64,000 nucleotides of DNA from Clostridium sp. UBA3947 (GTDB lineage: Bacteria > Bacillota > Clostridia > Clostridiales > Clostridiaceae), in contig DGDR01000038.1 in assembly GCA_002385545.1 (NCBI GenBank), positions 1,793-65,792 of the forward strand, in the 5' to 3' direction. The position numbers and the translations under genes are program-made. The notes beneath the pieces were generated by a model that made no database searches, had not been told where the DNA came from, and saw nothing but the letters and a program-made list of their open reading frames with translations. Positions 38,765 through 49,613 of the stretch are shown here, in pieces. How positions within the stretch are numbered: the first letter of the stretch is position 1; every line of letters starts with the position of its first letter.

Positions 38765-40120
38765 TTACTTTCCTGCCACCGATAACTCTTTTATTAATAA
38801 AGATGGGCTTCCATAATAACTGGAACCAGAAGGTAATATAAATTTCAAATCCTTTCCTATAGCTAATATATCCTTTAGCAGCTGAAAAAAGTTACCTGAT
38901 ATAGTAATTTGCTCTACAGCCTTCACTACCTTTCCCTCACTTACATAAAAGCCCTTAGCCGCTAATGAAAAATCACCAGTAATAGGATTGGCTCCAGCAT
39001 GGGTACCCGCTATATCCGATATTAATAAGCCTTCCTTTAGCTCATAAAGTAATTCTTCAAAGGTCTCATTACCAGCTTCAAAATAAAAGTTGCTTGGTGC
39101 AACGCCAATGCTTGAAGCATAGGATGGTCGTGAAGCATTACCGGTAGTTTTTACTCCAAAAAGCTCAGCTGTCTTTAAATTATGCAAAAAGGTCATTAAT
39201 CTTCCCTTTTCTATTACTGCTTTTTTATAGGTGGCCACTCCTTCACCATCAAAGGGTGAGGAAGCCAATCCTTCAGCCATTAATGGATCATCTACTAAAG
39301 TTACTTTTTCAGAGCATATGATAGTATTTTCCTTTCCTTTTAATAGGGAAAGACCCTTATGAACATTATCGCCGGAAAAAGCACCGGAAAAAGTTGCTAA
39401 TAGCTCTCCTGCCACATCATTTCTAAGTACTACCTTATACTTTCCTGATTGAACTGCTTCCCCACCTATTCTACTTAAAGCTTCCTTAACCGCTTCCTTT
39501 GCTAATACTGTCGGTTTCAACTCCTTAATATCCTTTGCAATTAAATAGCTTGTTCCATCGTAAATTTCATCCCCTTCCTTAACTATAGGGGTTACCGCTG
39601 CAAATAAAAAGTTGCTTTTGTGAATAGCCTCAATGCCATAAGAGTTAAATATTCCTTTTTCTTCAGTGTAAGTACCTAAGCTACAAGATCTTATTGTAAC
39701 TACCTTATCACTGGCTTTTTTTGCTTCTTTTTCTAGCTCTAAAGCTAGACCTATTTTTTCTGCTGGAACTACCTTTTCCAATGTCTTATTATAGCTATCT
39801 AATTCCCTGTACTTTTGAGACAGGCTATTAATATTTTCCTTCTCATCACTATCCATGTTTCCTGCATTATCTATAACACTGTTCAGTAAAAATTCTATGC
39901 TTTCCTCATCTAATTTTTCAGTGTATCCATAGCCCATTTGACCATTTACTAAGGCTCTAAATCCAAGGCCCATACTACTGCTTACACTGTATTTATCAAT
40001 TTCTCCCTCATAAATGCTAATACTAAAGTTTTCACCCTTACTGTAAAAAATTTCATATTCTTTCAAACCCTTTTCTTCGGCTTTTAAGAACAATAACTTT
40101 TTAAATTCCATTAACTCCAT
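38765..40120 (-). CDS. pmbA: PmbA/TldE family protein
   Basis: SSPFDGEG, FLHN, TTGNASR, HAGANPITGDFSL, ITISGN. Confidence 0.9.
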   Translation of the reverse strand: MELMEFKKLLFLKAEEKGLKEYEIFYSKGENFSISIYEGEIDKYSVSSSMGLGFRALVNGQMGYGYTEKLDEESIEFLLNSVIDNAGNMDSDEKENINSLSQKYRELDSYNKTLEKVVPAEKIGLALELEKEAKKASDKVVTIRSCSLGTYTEEKGIFNSYGIEAIHKSNFLFAAVTPIVKEGDEIYDGTSYLIAKDIKELKPTVLAKEAVKEALSRIGGEAVQSGKYKVVLRNDVAGELLATFSGAFSGDNVHKGLSLLKGKENTIICSEKVTLVDDPLMAEGLASSPFDGEGVATYKKAVIEKGRLMTFLHNLKTAELFGVKTTGNASRPSYASSIGVAPSNFYFEAGNETFEELLYELKEGLLISDIAGTHAGANPITGDFSLAAKGFYVSEGKVVKAVEQITISGNFFQLLKDILAIGKDLKFILPSGSSYYGSPSLLIKELSVAGK

Positions 40121-40121
40121 A

Positions 40122-41501
40122 TTATCTGCCTCCCACTGTAATTTCAGAAACCCTTATTAACGGCTGTCCTACATTTGTTGGTATACTTCCACTAACAGAA
40201 CCGCACATTCCTTGTCCACAAGCAAGATCCTTACCAACCATATCAATCTTCATTAAAATATCTGCACCTTTACCAATGAGACTTGCTCCCCTAACGGGCT
40301 CCTGAATCACACCATTCTTTATCAAATAGCCTTCTGCTACTGCAAAGTTAAATTCTCCTGTTACAGTATTAACTGAACCTCCACCCATCTTTTTAGCGTA
40401 TAAACCCTCAGAGATAGATGCTATAATATCTTCATTGCTATCTTCTCCTGGTGCAATGTAGGTATTGGTCATTCTAGATGTAGGAGCATATCTATAAGAC
40501 TGTCTTCTGCCACTACCGGTAGAGGCCATGCCCATTCGTCTTCCATTAAGCATATCTATCATATAGCCTTTTAAAATACCATTTTCTATCAAAATGTTTT
40601 TGCGGGTAGGTGTTCCTTCATCGTCAATATTTAAGGAGCCCCATTGACCTGGTTCAGTACCATCATCTATAGCTGTCACCTTATCAGAAGCAATTTTTAG
40701 TCCTAGCTTCCCTGCAAAAACAGAATTTCCTTTAGCAACTGCTGTAGCCTCCAAGGAGTGTCCACAAGCTTCATGGAAAATCACACCTCCAAAGCCATTT
40801 TCAATAGCTACAGTCATTGGTCCAGCAGGGCAATTCCTAGCATGGAGCATGGTTACAGCTGTCCTACTAGCTTCCTTTCCATAATATTCAGGATCTACAG
40901 TTTCAAATATTTCATAGCCTTTAGCTGCTCCTGGACCTTCGGCGCCTGTCTGGTTTTCCACCCCATTTGAAGCTACAGATCTAATGGCTAGTCTTGTCCT
41001 AATTCTTCTATCCTCAGTTAATAGGCCTTCAGAATTAGCAATCAATACTTTTTGATCCCAATCTATATAATTAACTAATACTTGGGTAATTTCTTCGCTA
41101 TAACTTTTAGCAGCATCATAAGCTGTTTTTATCACCTTGATTTTACGGCTATTTTCAACGCTAGAAGGCACATAAAGCACTGGATGTATATTAGGATTGA
41201 TTCTTTCTGTTAGATTTATGCTAAGATCATTATTCATTTGTCCTAATGCTGATGCAGCCTTTTCGGCACATTCCAGCAAAGCATTCCTAGAACTATCATT
41301 ACAGTATACATAGATGCACCTAAAGCCTTTAAAGATTCTTATACCTACACCAAAATCTCTGCCAGAAACTATTTTTTCCATTTTCCCATCTATCATACTT
41401 AAACTATTAGAAATCTTATCTTCCACAAATATTTCAGCAAAATCTCCCCCACTGCTTAGGGCTCTACCTAAAACATCTTTTATCAAACTTTTTGGTAACA
41501 T
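40122..41501 (-). CDS. tldD: TldD metalloprotease
   Basis: FHEACGH, DDEG, TGSGRRQSY, RMTNTYI, CGSVSG; ATG at 41501. Confidence 0.92.
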   Translation of the reverse strand: MLPKSLIKDVLGRALSSGGDFAEIFVEDKISNSLSMIDGKMEKIVSGRDFGVGIRIFKGFRCIYVYCNDSSRNALLECAEKAASALGQMNNDLSINLTERINPNIHPVLYVPSSVENSRKIKVIKTAYDAAKSYSEEITQVLVNYIDWDQKVLIANSEGLLTEDRRIRTRLAIRSVASNGVENQTGAEGPGAAKGYEIFETVDPEYYGKEASRTAVTMLHARNCPAGPMTVAIENGFGGVIFHEACGHSLEATAVAKGNSVFAGKLGLKIASDKVTAIDDGTEPGQWGSLNIDDEGTPTRKNILIENGILKGYMIDMLNGRRMGMASTGSGRRQSYRYAPTSRMTNTYIAPGEDSNEDIIASISEGLYAKKMGGGSVNTVTGEFNFAVAEGYLIKNGVIQEPVRGASLIGKGADILMKIDMVGKDLACGQGMCGSVSGSIPTNVGQPLIRVSEITVGGR

Positions 41502-41653
41502 ATCTCCACTCCTTTTTCTGTACATAAGTAAAATTATTATTATTTAAATTTGAATATTACATAAAATTATAACATAAAATCTCACAGCTTTTATTATTGC
41601 CATAAAAATAAATGCAAAAACCAGATTTAAAGTCCAGTTTTTGCGTTATTTAT

Positions 41654-42517
41654 TTAAACGAATTCTTGGAGTAATTTTTCTATATTTTTCACTTCCCACT
41701 GTCTATCAACTAAAGGCTCATCCTTAGCTATCACTGGGTGTATTTCTTCAAATATTGGTTTACCTTCCTCTTTGTAAATAATTCCTGTTGGAATGCCTTC
41801 ATCACCAAATTCTAATGCTTTCTCAAAGGCCTTAGCCTTGTTTGATGGGTCGTAATTATTATCCAATGAATAAACCCTTTCCTTATACCACTTGAAAGTA
41901 TTAACCTTATTAAAGGTTACACAAGGTTGTAATATATCTATTAAGGCATAACCTTTGTGATTAATAGCCTCTTTTAGTAAATTCTTAAGCTGCTCTCTCT
42001 CCCCTGTGAAGGTTCTTGCTACAAAGGTAGCCCCTGCAGCAATTGCTAAAGCTAATGGGTTTAGTGGCTGCTGCATAACTCCTTCAAATTGCATTGAGGT
42101 TTTCTGTCCAAAAGCAGTGGTTGGGGAGCCTTGGCCTTTAGTTAAGCCATATATTTGATTATCATGAACTATTTGAGTAATGTCCATATTTCTCCTTATG
42201 GCATGTATAAAGTGATTGCCTCCTTCACCATACGCATCTCCATCACCACTGGCTACTATAACTTTTAAATTTTTATTCACCATTTTAATCCCTTGAGCTG
42301 GTGGAAGGGCTCTACCATGAAGACCATTAAAGCCATTAGCTCTAATATAGTGAGGTGTTTTGGCCGCTTGTCCTATACCAGAAACTATTACTAAATCCTC
42401 AGGCTTAATTTCTAATTCAGCTGCTGCTTTTTTTATAGCATCCAAGATGGCAAAGTTTCCGCAACCTGGGCACCAAGCTATTTCATCCTTACTATTGTAT
42501 AAATTTAAGTTTAACAT
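41654..42517 (-). CDS. korB: 2-oxoacid:ferredoxin oxidoreductase beta subunit
   Basis: WCPGCG, SGIGQ, HGRA, GDGD, YGLTKGQ.SPT, LQPCVTFN. Confidence 0.93.
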   Translation of the reverse strand: MLNLNLYNSKDEIAWCPGCGNFAILDAIKKAAAELEIKPEDLVIVSGIGQAAKTPHYIRANGFNGLHGRALPPAQGIKMVNKNLKVIVASGDGDAYGEGGNHFIHAIRRNMDITQIVHDNQIYGLTKGQGSPTTAFGQKTSMQFEGVMQQPLNPLALAIAAGATFVARTFTGEREQLKNLLKEAINHKGYALIDILQPCVTFNKVNTFKWYKERVYSLDNNYDPSNKAKAFEKALEFGDEGIPTGIIYKEEGKPIFEEIHPVIAKDEPLVDRQWEVKNIEKLLQEFV

Positions 42518-44197
42518 TTACATCACCTCACCTTTCACTCTTTCAACCAATTCTTCTCCGTTTATTTGTCTACCATCATATTTTAAGATACTCTTGTTCA
42601 TCAATATACCAGTTTCTTGAGTAATTAATTTGCCAAGCTGTCCAGTATAATTTTGCTCCACATTAACAATAGCCTTTGCCATAGAAGCATACTTTATTAA
42701 TTTTTCTGTAGGTAAAGGATATATATCTCCAAAGGAAAGTGCTCCAATATTCACACCTTCTGCATTTAATGTTTCTGCAGCTTCTTTTAATGCTCCATAG
42801 GTTGACCCCCAGCCTACTAGAAGTATTTCAGGTCTTTCAGATCCAAAGTATTCTGGTTCTACCATATAATCTTTCAATAGCTCTAACTTCTTCATTCTCT
42901 TTTCCATTTGAGCCCTTCTTACCTCTGCAGATTCGGTAATGTGAGAGTATTCATCATGCTCATCGCTATCCACTAAGACCACCTGGCCAGGGACTTTTCC
43001 TGGAATTAATCTAGGTGATATTCCATTGTCAGTAACCTTGTATCTCTTATACTCTTCTCCTTCTACTAATACACTGCCATCAGATATATATCTCTCAGCT
43101 TTTAAGTCGTTCAATTTAAATTTGGACACTGTTACCTTGGCATCTGCTAAATATTGATCTGTTAAAATTAATACTACTGTTTGGAACTTATCTGCTAGAT
43201 TTAAAGCCCTAAAAGTTTGATAAAATGCATCTTCTGCATTTCTTACGGACATAACCACCCTTGGGAATTCTCCATGGGAAGCAGTTAATAAGAAGCTTAA
43301 ATCACTTTGTTCTGTTCTAGTAGGTAAGCCCGTTGCAGGACCTGGTCTTTGTGAGTCCACAACCACTAAAGGTGTTTCCATTATGCCAGCCAAGCCAAGG
43401 GCTTCAACCATTAGTGAAAAACCACCACCAGAGGAACCAGTCATGGCTCTTGCTCCAGCATAAGAAGCTCCAATAGCCATATTAATGGCTGCAATTTCAT
43501 CCTCCACCTGCTCTACTATAATGCCAGCCTCCAACTGTTTCTTAGAAAGGTAGGTCATAATACTTGTTGCTGGTGTCATAGGATAAGCAGAATAAAAATT
43601 CAAACCACCTGCTATAGCTCCTAGCGCTATAGCTGTATTACCGTTTAATAACAACGTGTCTTCGCTTTTTCTTTTTTCTAAATTATATTGAGAGTCAATT
43701 AGGCTGTATCCCTTCATCACAGCTTCTATATTAATGTTTCTAACCTGTTCAGTGAACTTAGCTGGAATAAAGCTTTCAAAGCCTTCAAGACTTAAACCAA
43801 AATATTTCATTGTAGCTCCTACAGCTAACATACCAACAGCTCTGCTTAACCCTAATTCATTAGCTAACTTAACTAGGGGCAAGCTAATAGCTTTATCATG
43901 GTCAAATTTAATGCCTTCGTCTAATATAATTGCTCCCTTATCCTTTAGCCTATTTACATGAAATTCAGCTGCATTTTTATCTAAAGCTATTATAAAATCT
44001 AATTTATTGCTGTGAGAAAAAATTAACCTGTCGCTTATTCTTATCTGAGTAAAATTATTTCCTCCTCTTGCCCTAGACATATAATCCTTATTAGAAAAAA
44101 CGTAATAGCCATTTAGCTTTATTACCTTTTCTAAAAAGTCACTAATTGTGTCCATTCCTTGTCCAGCTGCACCGCCAACTAAAATATTAAACTCCAA
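42518..44197 (-). CDS. korA: 2-oxoacid:ferredoxin oxidoreductase alpha (gamma-fused) subunit
   Basis: GAAGQG, RGG, YPMTPAT, EDEIAA, QRPGPATG.PT, EQN..GQL. Confidence 0.93.
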   Translation of the reverse strand: MEFNILVGGAAGQGMDTISDFLEKVIKLNGYYVFSNKDYMSRARGGNNFTQIRISDRLIFSHSNKLDFIIALDKNAAEFHVNRLKDKGAIILDEGIKFDHDKAISLPLVKLANELGLSRAVGMLAVGATMKYFGLSLEGFESFIPAKFTEQVRNINIEAVMKGYSLIDSQYNLEKRKSEDTLLLNGNTAIALGAIAGGLNFYSAYPMTPATSIMTYLSKKQLEAGIIVEQVEDEIAAINMAIGASYAGARAMTGSSGGGFSLMVEALGLAGIMETPLVVVDSQRPGPATGLPTRTEQSDLSFLLTASHGEFPRVVMSVRNAEDAFYQTFRALNLADKFQTVVLILTDQYLADAKVTVSKFKLNDLKAERYISDGSVLVEGEEYKRYKVTDNGISPRLIPGKVPGQVVLVDSDEHDEYSHITESAEVRRAQMEKRMKKLELLKDYMVEPEYFGSERPEILLVGWGSTYGALKEAAETLNAEGVNIGALSFGDIYPLPTEKLIKYASMAKAIVNVEQNYTGQLGKLITQETGILMNKSILKYDGRQINGEELVERVKGEVM

Positions 44198-44312
44198 TTA
44201 CTACACCTCCAATTTATTTTCTTTACAGGATTTTCAATTATTATATATCTTAACTCTATTTATTTACTTTGAATTTAACCTAGATATATAAATAACTGAT
44301 TAACTTAATGTA

Positions 44313-44354
44313 AGTATACCCTATAAAGGTATTTTTAATCAATAATCATTATCA
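44313..44354 (-). promoter_or_regulatory. Candidate korAB promoter overlapped by a Fur/PerR-like 7-1-7 box
   Basis: TTGATT-18-TATACT on the minus strand; CAATAAT-C-ATTATCA (44340-44354) matches TGATAATnATTATCA at 12/14. Confidence 0.5.
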
Positions 44355-44600
44355 TTTGATATGTATTATTAAATGAAATCACCGTTGATTTCCATTGTCA
44401 TACTTCTATATGCTCATTATTTAGAGAACTGTTATATATTTTTATTTCATTTTGTTACATTAATAAACTTAGCATTTTTAAATAGATATATTATCTGTTA
44501 TCCGAATTCTTATATCTATCTTATTACTATGGTTCTAGAAGCATTTATGAGAATACCTTAAACATATTAACCTTTACCAAATTAAGCTATAGAAATAGAA

Positions 44601-44641
44601 AAACTACGAAGACTGCCAATTAGCAAGCCTCGTAGTTTTTA
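44601..44641 (-). terminator. suf operon terminator
   Basis: AAAAACTACGA...TCGTAGTTTTT. Confidence 0.75.
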
Positions 44642-44644
44642 ACT

Positions 44645-45067
44645 TTATTCTAAAGATTCCTTTAATGTATGCCAAGATAGAACAGCACACTTTACCCTAG
44701 CAGGCATATTTGAGATATTTTTTAGAGCTGCTGCATCCTCTAGCTCCTCTAATTCCTCATCATCTGTTATCTCTCGCTTTATCATACCAAGAAATAAATT
44801 CATCAATCTTTTAGCTTCATCTACGCTTTTACCCTTTATTAAGTCAATCATCATAGAAGTAGAGGCCTGAGAAATAGCACAGCCCACTCCTGTAAAAGAT
44901 GCATCTTCTATAATTCCGTCCTTTAGCTTTAATTCTAATTGAATTTCATCACCGCAGCTGGGATTTCTTCCTTTAAGCACCACATCTGGTGAATCTAAAT
45001 GCTTTTTATTATGATTTGATGAATTATGTTCCATTATTAATTCTGTATATATTGAACTAAGATCCAT
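44645..45067 (-). CDS. sufU: SufU/NifU-like Fe-S scaffold / sulfur transfer protein
   Basis: NPSCGD, GCAISQAS, PARVKCA. Confidence 0.95.
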   Translation of the reverse strand: MDLSSIYTELIMEHNSSNHNKKHLDSPDVVLKGRNPSCGDEIQLELKLKDGIIEDASFTGVGCAISQASTSMMIDLIKGKSVDEAKRLMNLFLGMIKREITDDEELEELEDAAALKNISNMPARVKCAVLSWHTLKESLE

Positions 45068-46283
45068 AACCTAACCACTTCCTAACGGCTTTTATACTAT
45101 CAATAAAGATATCTACATCCTGTATAGTGTTATATAAATAGAAACTCACTCTACAGGTTGCATTTGCACCTAAAAATTGCATAAGGGGATGAGCACAATG
45201 GTGACCAGCTCTTATGGAAATTCCATCAGCATCTAGTATAGATGCCACATCATGAGGATGCACCTCCTGTATATTAAAGGATATAACCGATGATTTTTTA
45301 TTTATATCCTCTGTTCCATAGATAGTCATATAAGGAATCTCTGACATTTTTATAAGGGCATAGCTGGTCAGCGCCTTTTCTGTAGCTTTAATGTTATTCA
45401 TACCTACCTTATTTATATAATTTATTGCTTCACTTAAACCTATGGCACCAGCTACATTTTGAGTACCACCTTCAAACTTTTGAGGCAGAGAAGCAAATTC
45501 TGCATCCTGTTCTGTTACATATTCAATCATATCTCCTCCGTATAAAAAAGGAGGCATAGCTTCTAGGTGTTTCTTTTTACCATAAAGTACTCCTATACCC
45601 ATGGGAGCCAACATTTTATGGCCAGAGAAAACCATAAAATCTGCATCTAACTCCGACACATTAACCTTCATATGAGGAATGCTTTGTGAGCCGTCAATTA
45701 TGGCTACAGCTCCCACCTCATGAGCCCTTTTAATGATAGCTTCAATTGGATTAATTGTACCTAATACATTAGAAACATGGGTAACAGATACTATTTTAGT
45801 TCTTTCACCAATTTTATTAACTATTTCCTCTTCAGGGATAATTCCTTCTTCATTAACATACATGTACTTTAGGACAGCACCCTTAGCCTTCGCTACCATC
45901 TGCCAGGGCACTAAATTACTATGATGCTCTGCTATTGATATTACTATTTCGTCTCCTTCTTTTAAAAAGTGCATGCCATAACTATAGGCTATTAAATTAA
46001 AGGATTCTGTGGCCCCTTTAGTAAAAATAATTTCACTAGCCTCCTTAGCTCCAATAAAATCCCTAACCACTTCTCTTGCTTGTTCATATAACTCAGTAGA
46101 TTTTACGCTTAGGTAATAGGCCCCTCTATGAGGATTAGCATTATATAAATTATAATATTCATCCACCGCTTTTATAACACTCAAAGGCTTATGAGTTGTG
46201 GCTGCATTATCTAAATATACCAGCCTCTTTCCATTAACCTTTTGATTGAGAACTGGAAAGTCTAAAAGAAAATTACTAGACAT
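45057..46283 (-). CDS. sufS: Cysteine desulfurase, group II
   Basis: YLDNAATT, EHHSN, SGHKM, RAGHHCA. Confidence 0.96.
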   Translation of the reverse strand: MSSNFLLDFPVLNQKVNGKRLVYLDNAATTHKPLSVIKAVDEYYNLYNANPHRGAYYLSVKSTELYEQAREVVRDFIGAKEASEIIFTKGATESFNLIAYSYGMHFLKEGDEIVISIAEHHSNLVPWQMVAKAKGAVLKYMYVNEEGIIPEEEIVNKIGERTKIVSVTHVSNVLGTINPIEAIIKRAHEVGAVAIIDGSQSIPHMKVNVSELDADFMVFSGHKMLAPMGIGVLYGKKKHLEAMPPFLYGGDMIEYVTEQDAEFASLPQKFEGGTQNVAGAIGLSEAINYINKVGMNNIKATEKALTSYALIKMSEIPYMTIYGTEDINKKSSVISFNIQEVHPHDVASILDADGISIRAGHHCAHPLMQFLGANATCRVSFYLYNTIQDVDIFIDSIKAVRKWLGYGS

Positions 46284-47379
46284 TAATCATTCTCCTCCTA
46301 ATATACTCAGAGATTTCCTCCCTTAATTCTTCTATTGGCACTTTCTCTGTAATGGGATTAAAGGATGACTCAATTATAAGCTTTTTAGCCTCAAGCTCAG
46401 AAAAGCCTCTGCTCATAAGATAAAATAATTTATTTTCATCAATCTTTCCTGTACTAGCAGCATGCTGTCCCTGAACATCATCTTCACCGCAAAGGAGCAA
46501 AGGCACTGATCTATTTCTGATATTATTGCTTAACAATACGGTATATTCTTCTTCCGCTCCCTTTGCTTCCTTGGCCCCTCGCTTAAAGTCGATGGTTCCT
46601 CTGAAGATCTTGCTGCTATTATCCATTAAGGCACCGTTAGTTTTAATATTACTTTCAGATTTTTTACCATAATGATTAATCACATAATTTATATCAATAG
46701 TTCTATCCTTATCCCCTAAGTAAATTGAATAAATATTACCTTTGCTATTTTCGCTTATTAAATCATTCTTACAACTTGTTATAGTATTCCTTGCTCCTAA
46801 TTCTACAAGTACGCAATTAATTTCTCCATTTTCCTCTGTAGCTGCTGCTATAGCATCTAAATGAATTCCGTCGTCCTCTATTAGTTGAACCTTAACTAAA
46901 TTGATTTTTGCTCCTTTTTTTGCATACAACTTGGTTAATCCGCTATGGAAGGCTTCAACACCTTTAGTTGAAGAATACTTCATCACTACAGTTATTTCAC
47001 TATTTTCTCCAGCAACAATCAAATTATTATCTACTAATATAGAATTGCTAGAATCCATTTTGTAATCAAAAAACAGAGGTTCTGCTATCCTTTTATTTTC
47101 CTCAACCTCTATAAGATAGCCAGTATTAAAATTTTTAGTTACTATCTCAGTTAAGGTTTCTGATACACCAAGTTCCTTCTTGTTATCAAAAAATCTTATA
47201 CTACTATTATTCTTATTTATATCAATTACTTTATAGCCTTCACCTTCATATTTTGATAAGGGCTTTAAATAGTACTCCCCTATCTCTGGCATCTTATCCT
47301 TTAAATTAGTTTCATTTACACCCAGCCATCTCCATGTTCGTACTGGAATGTTATTTAAGCCTTTTAAAATTTCGCTCAT
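46276..47379 (-). CDS. sufD: Fe-S assembly protein SufD
   Basis: Beta-helix, FRGTIDF, HAASTG, LFYLMSRG. Confidence 0.9.
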   Translation of the reverse strand: MSEILKGLNNIPVRTWRWLGVNETNLKDKMPEIGEYYLKPLSKYEGEGYKVIDINKNNSSIRFFDNKKELGVSETLTEIVTKNFNTGYLIEVEENKRIAEPLFFDYKMDSSNSILVDNNLIVAGENSEITVVMKYSSTKGVEAFHSGLTKLYAKKGAKINLVKVQLIEDDGIHLDAIAAATEENGEINCVLVELGARNTITSCKNDLISENSKGNIYSIYLGDKDRTIDINYVINHYGKKSESNIKTNGALMDNSSKIFRGTIDFKRGAKEAKGAEEEYTVLLSNNIRNRSVPLLLCGEDDVQGQHAASTGKIDENKLFYLMSRGFSELEAKKLIIESSFNPITEKVPIEELREEISEYIRRRMINV

Positions 47380-47390
47380 AAAATCACCAC

Positions 47391-48797
47391 CTATCCTATA
47401 CTGCCTTCCATTTCAAGATTTATTAGATTATTCATCTCCACCGCATACTCCAAAGGAAGCTCTTTTGCAATAGGTTCTACAAAGCCTCTAACTATCATAG
47501 CTTTTGCTTCTTCCTCACTGATACCTCTAGTCATCAAATAGTAAATAGCCTCTTCGCTAATTCGGCCTATTTTTGCTTCGTGACCTATATCCACTTCATC
47601 GTTTAAGATATCTAACACTGGTAATGTATCTGAACGGGAGATATCATCTAACATCAATGATTCACAGGATACAGTGGATTTACAATGATGGGCATTGGCT
47701 GCTACCTTTATAGCGCCTCTATAAACCGCTTCACCGCCACCCTTTGAAATTGACTTAGAATTGATATTGGAAGATGTATAGGGGGCCGCATGAATAACCT
47801 TCGCTCCTGTATCTAATATTTGTCCCTTAGAGGCAAAGGTTACACCAGTAAATTCAGCCTTTGCACCCTCTCCTCTCAAAATGCTCATAGGATAGAGCAT
47901 TGAAACCTTGGAGCCAAAGGAGCCAGAAACCCACTCTATTGTTCCTTTTTTATCTACCACTGCCCTTTTGGTATTTAAATTCATCATATTTTTAGACCAG
48001 TTTTCTATGGTAGAATATCTTAAATATGCATCCTCCTTAACATATAATTCAACACAGCCTGCATGTAAGTTAGTTACACTATATTTTGGAGCGGAGCAAC
48101 CTTCTATAAAATGTAGATAAGCTCCTTTTTCTACAATTATTAATGTATGCTCAAACTGGCCAGCTCCTGGAGAATTTAGTCTAAAATAGGATTGGAGCGG
48201 TATTTCTACCTTTACTCCTGCTGGAACATATACGAAGGATCCTCCAGACCATACAGCTCCATGGAGGGCTACAAACTTATGGTCATTAGGTGGAACCAAC
48301 TTCATGAAGTATTCCTTCACTATATCCTCATAGTCCCTTATAGCTGTTTCCATATCTGTATATATAACACCTTGTTCAACTAACTCTTCCCTTATACTAT
48401 GGTAAACCACCTCTGAATCATATTGGGCTCCTACCCCTGCCAACGACTCTCTTTCAGCTTGAGGAATCCCCAGCCTTTCAAAGGTGTTCTTTATATCCTC
48501 TGGCACTTCCTCCCAGCTACCTTTTAAGCTAGTATCTGGTTTAACATAGGTTACTATATTATCCATATCCAATTCATCTAGAGAAGGTCCCCAGGTTGGC
48601 AATTCTAATTTATTATAAATCTCCAAGGACTTTAGCCTAAACTCTCTCATCCATTGAGGTTCATTCTTTTCCCTAGATATTTCTTCCACGATTTCTGGAG
48701 TCAATCCACTGGATACCTTAAAGCTATATCTATCCTCATTTCTTATATCGTAAAGTCCTCTATCCAAGTCCTCTACATAAGTTTTTCTTTTTTCCAT
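47391..48797 (-). CDS. sufB: Fe-S assembly protein SufB
   Basis: QYDSEV, SGGSF, QFEHTLI, EGCSAP, HEAKIG, YLMTRG. Confidence 0.97.
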   Translation of the reverse strand: MEKRKTYVEDLDRGLYDIRNEDRYSFKVSSGLTPEIVEEISREKNEPQWMREFRLKSLEIYNKLELPTWGPSLDELDMDNIVTYVKPDTSLKGSWEEVPEDIKNTFERLGIPQAERESLAGVGAQYDSEVVYHSIREELVEQGVIYTDMETAIRDYEDIVKEYFMKLVPPNDHKFVALHGAVWSGGSFVYVPAGVKVEIPLQSYFRLNSPGAGQFEHTLIIVEKGAYLHFIEGCSAPKYSVTNLHAGCVELYVKEDAYLRYSTIENWSKNMMNLNTKRAVVDKKGTIEWVSGSFGSKVSMLYPMSILRGEGAKAEFTGVTFASKGQILDTGAKVIHAAPYTSSNINSKSISKGGGEAVYRGAIKVAANAHHCKSTVSCESLMLDDISRSDTLPVLDILNDEVDIGHEAKIGRISEEAIYYLMTRGISEEEAKAMIVRGFVEPIAKELPLEYAVEMNNLINLEMEGSIG

Positions 48798-48813
48798 ATT
48801 ATCACCTCATAGA

Positions 48814-49557
48814 CTAAACTGACCCTATATTTTCAAAGCCCTTTTCATTTATTTCATTCACTAAGGTAGCATCTCCCACCTTAACAACTCTACCATCCTG
48901 TATAACATGAACATAATCCACATCTAAAAATTCTAATATTTTACTGTTATGAGTAATAATCAATATGGCATTATCTTCATTCTTAAATTGACTTACTCCA
49001 TTTGACACAATCTTTACGGCATCTACATCTAATCCAGAATCTGTTTCGTCCAATATAGCCAGCTTTGGATTAAGCATCAACATTTGAAGGATTTCGTTCT
49101 TCTTCTTTTCTCCCCCAGAGAAGCCCACATTAAGATATCGGTTCCCATAGCTTTCATCAATCTTTAATTGGGCCATTTTTTCTCTAAGCTCCCTTTTAAA
49201 TGCCATAATTTTTATAGGCTTGCCTGTAATTGCACTTCTAGATGCTCTCAAAAAACTTTCCACAGTTATCCCTGGTACTTCCTCCGGTGCTTGAAAGGAT
49301 AGAAAAATTCCCTTTTTAGCCCTTTCCTCTGTTTTTAACTCTGTAATATCTTCACCTTCAAATATTATAGAACCCTTAGTTACTTCATATTTAGGATGCC
49401 CCATTATAATATTAACCAAGGTGGATTTACCTGCTCCATTAGGGCCCATGATAACATGAACCTCACCTTTCTTTATTTTCAAGTTTAATCCTTTTAGTAT
49501 TTCCTTTCCTTCAACTTCTGCATGTATATCTTTAACTTCCAATAACATCTCTGTCAT
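48814..49557 (-). CDS. sufC: Fe-S assembly ATPase SufC
   Basis: GPNGAGKS, FSGGEKKK, LDETDSGLD. Confidence 0.97.
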   Translation of the reverse strand: MTEMLLEVKDIHAEVEGKEILKGLNLKIKKGEVHVIMGPNGAGKSTLVNIIMGHPKYEVTKGSIIFEGEDITELKTEERAKKGIFLSFQAPEEVPGITVESFLRASRSAITGKPIKIMAFKRELREKMAQLKIDESYGNRYLNVGFSGGEKKKNEILQMLMLNPKLAILDETDSGLDVDAVKIVSNGVSQFKNEDNAILIITHNSKILEFLDVDYVHVIQDGRVVKVGDATLVNEINEKGFENIGSV

Positions 49558-49613
49558 AAAAATTCACCTCTTAAGAAATTAATTCCGAGCATTTTACTCT
49601 GATTTATGCTTAT

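Noticed and set aside
44373-44561. 62-aa ORF in the kor-suf gap
   Set aside because: AT-rich, no RBS, no motif
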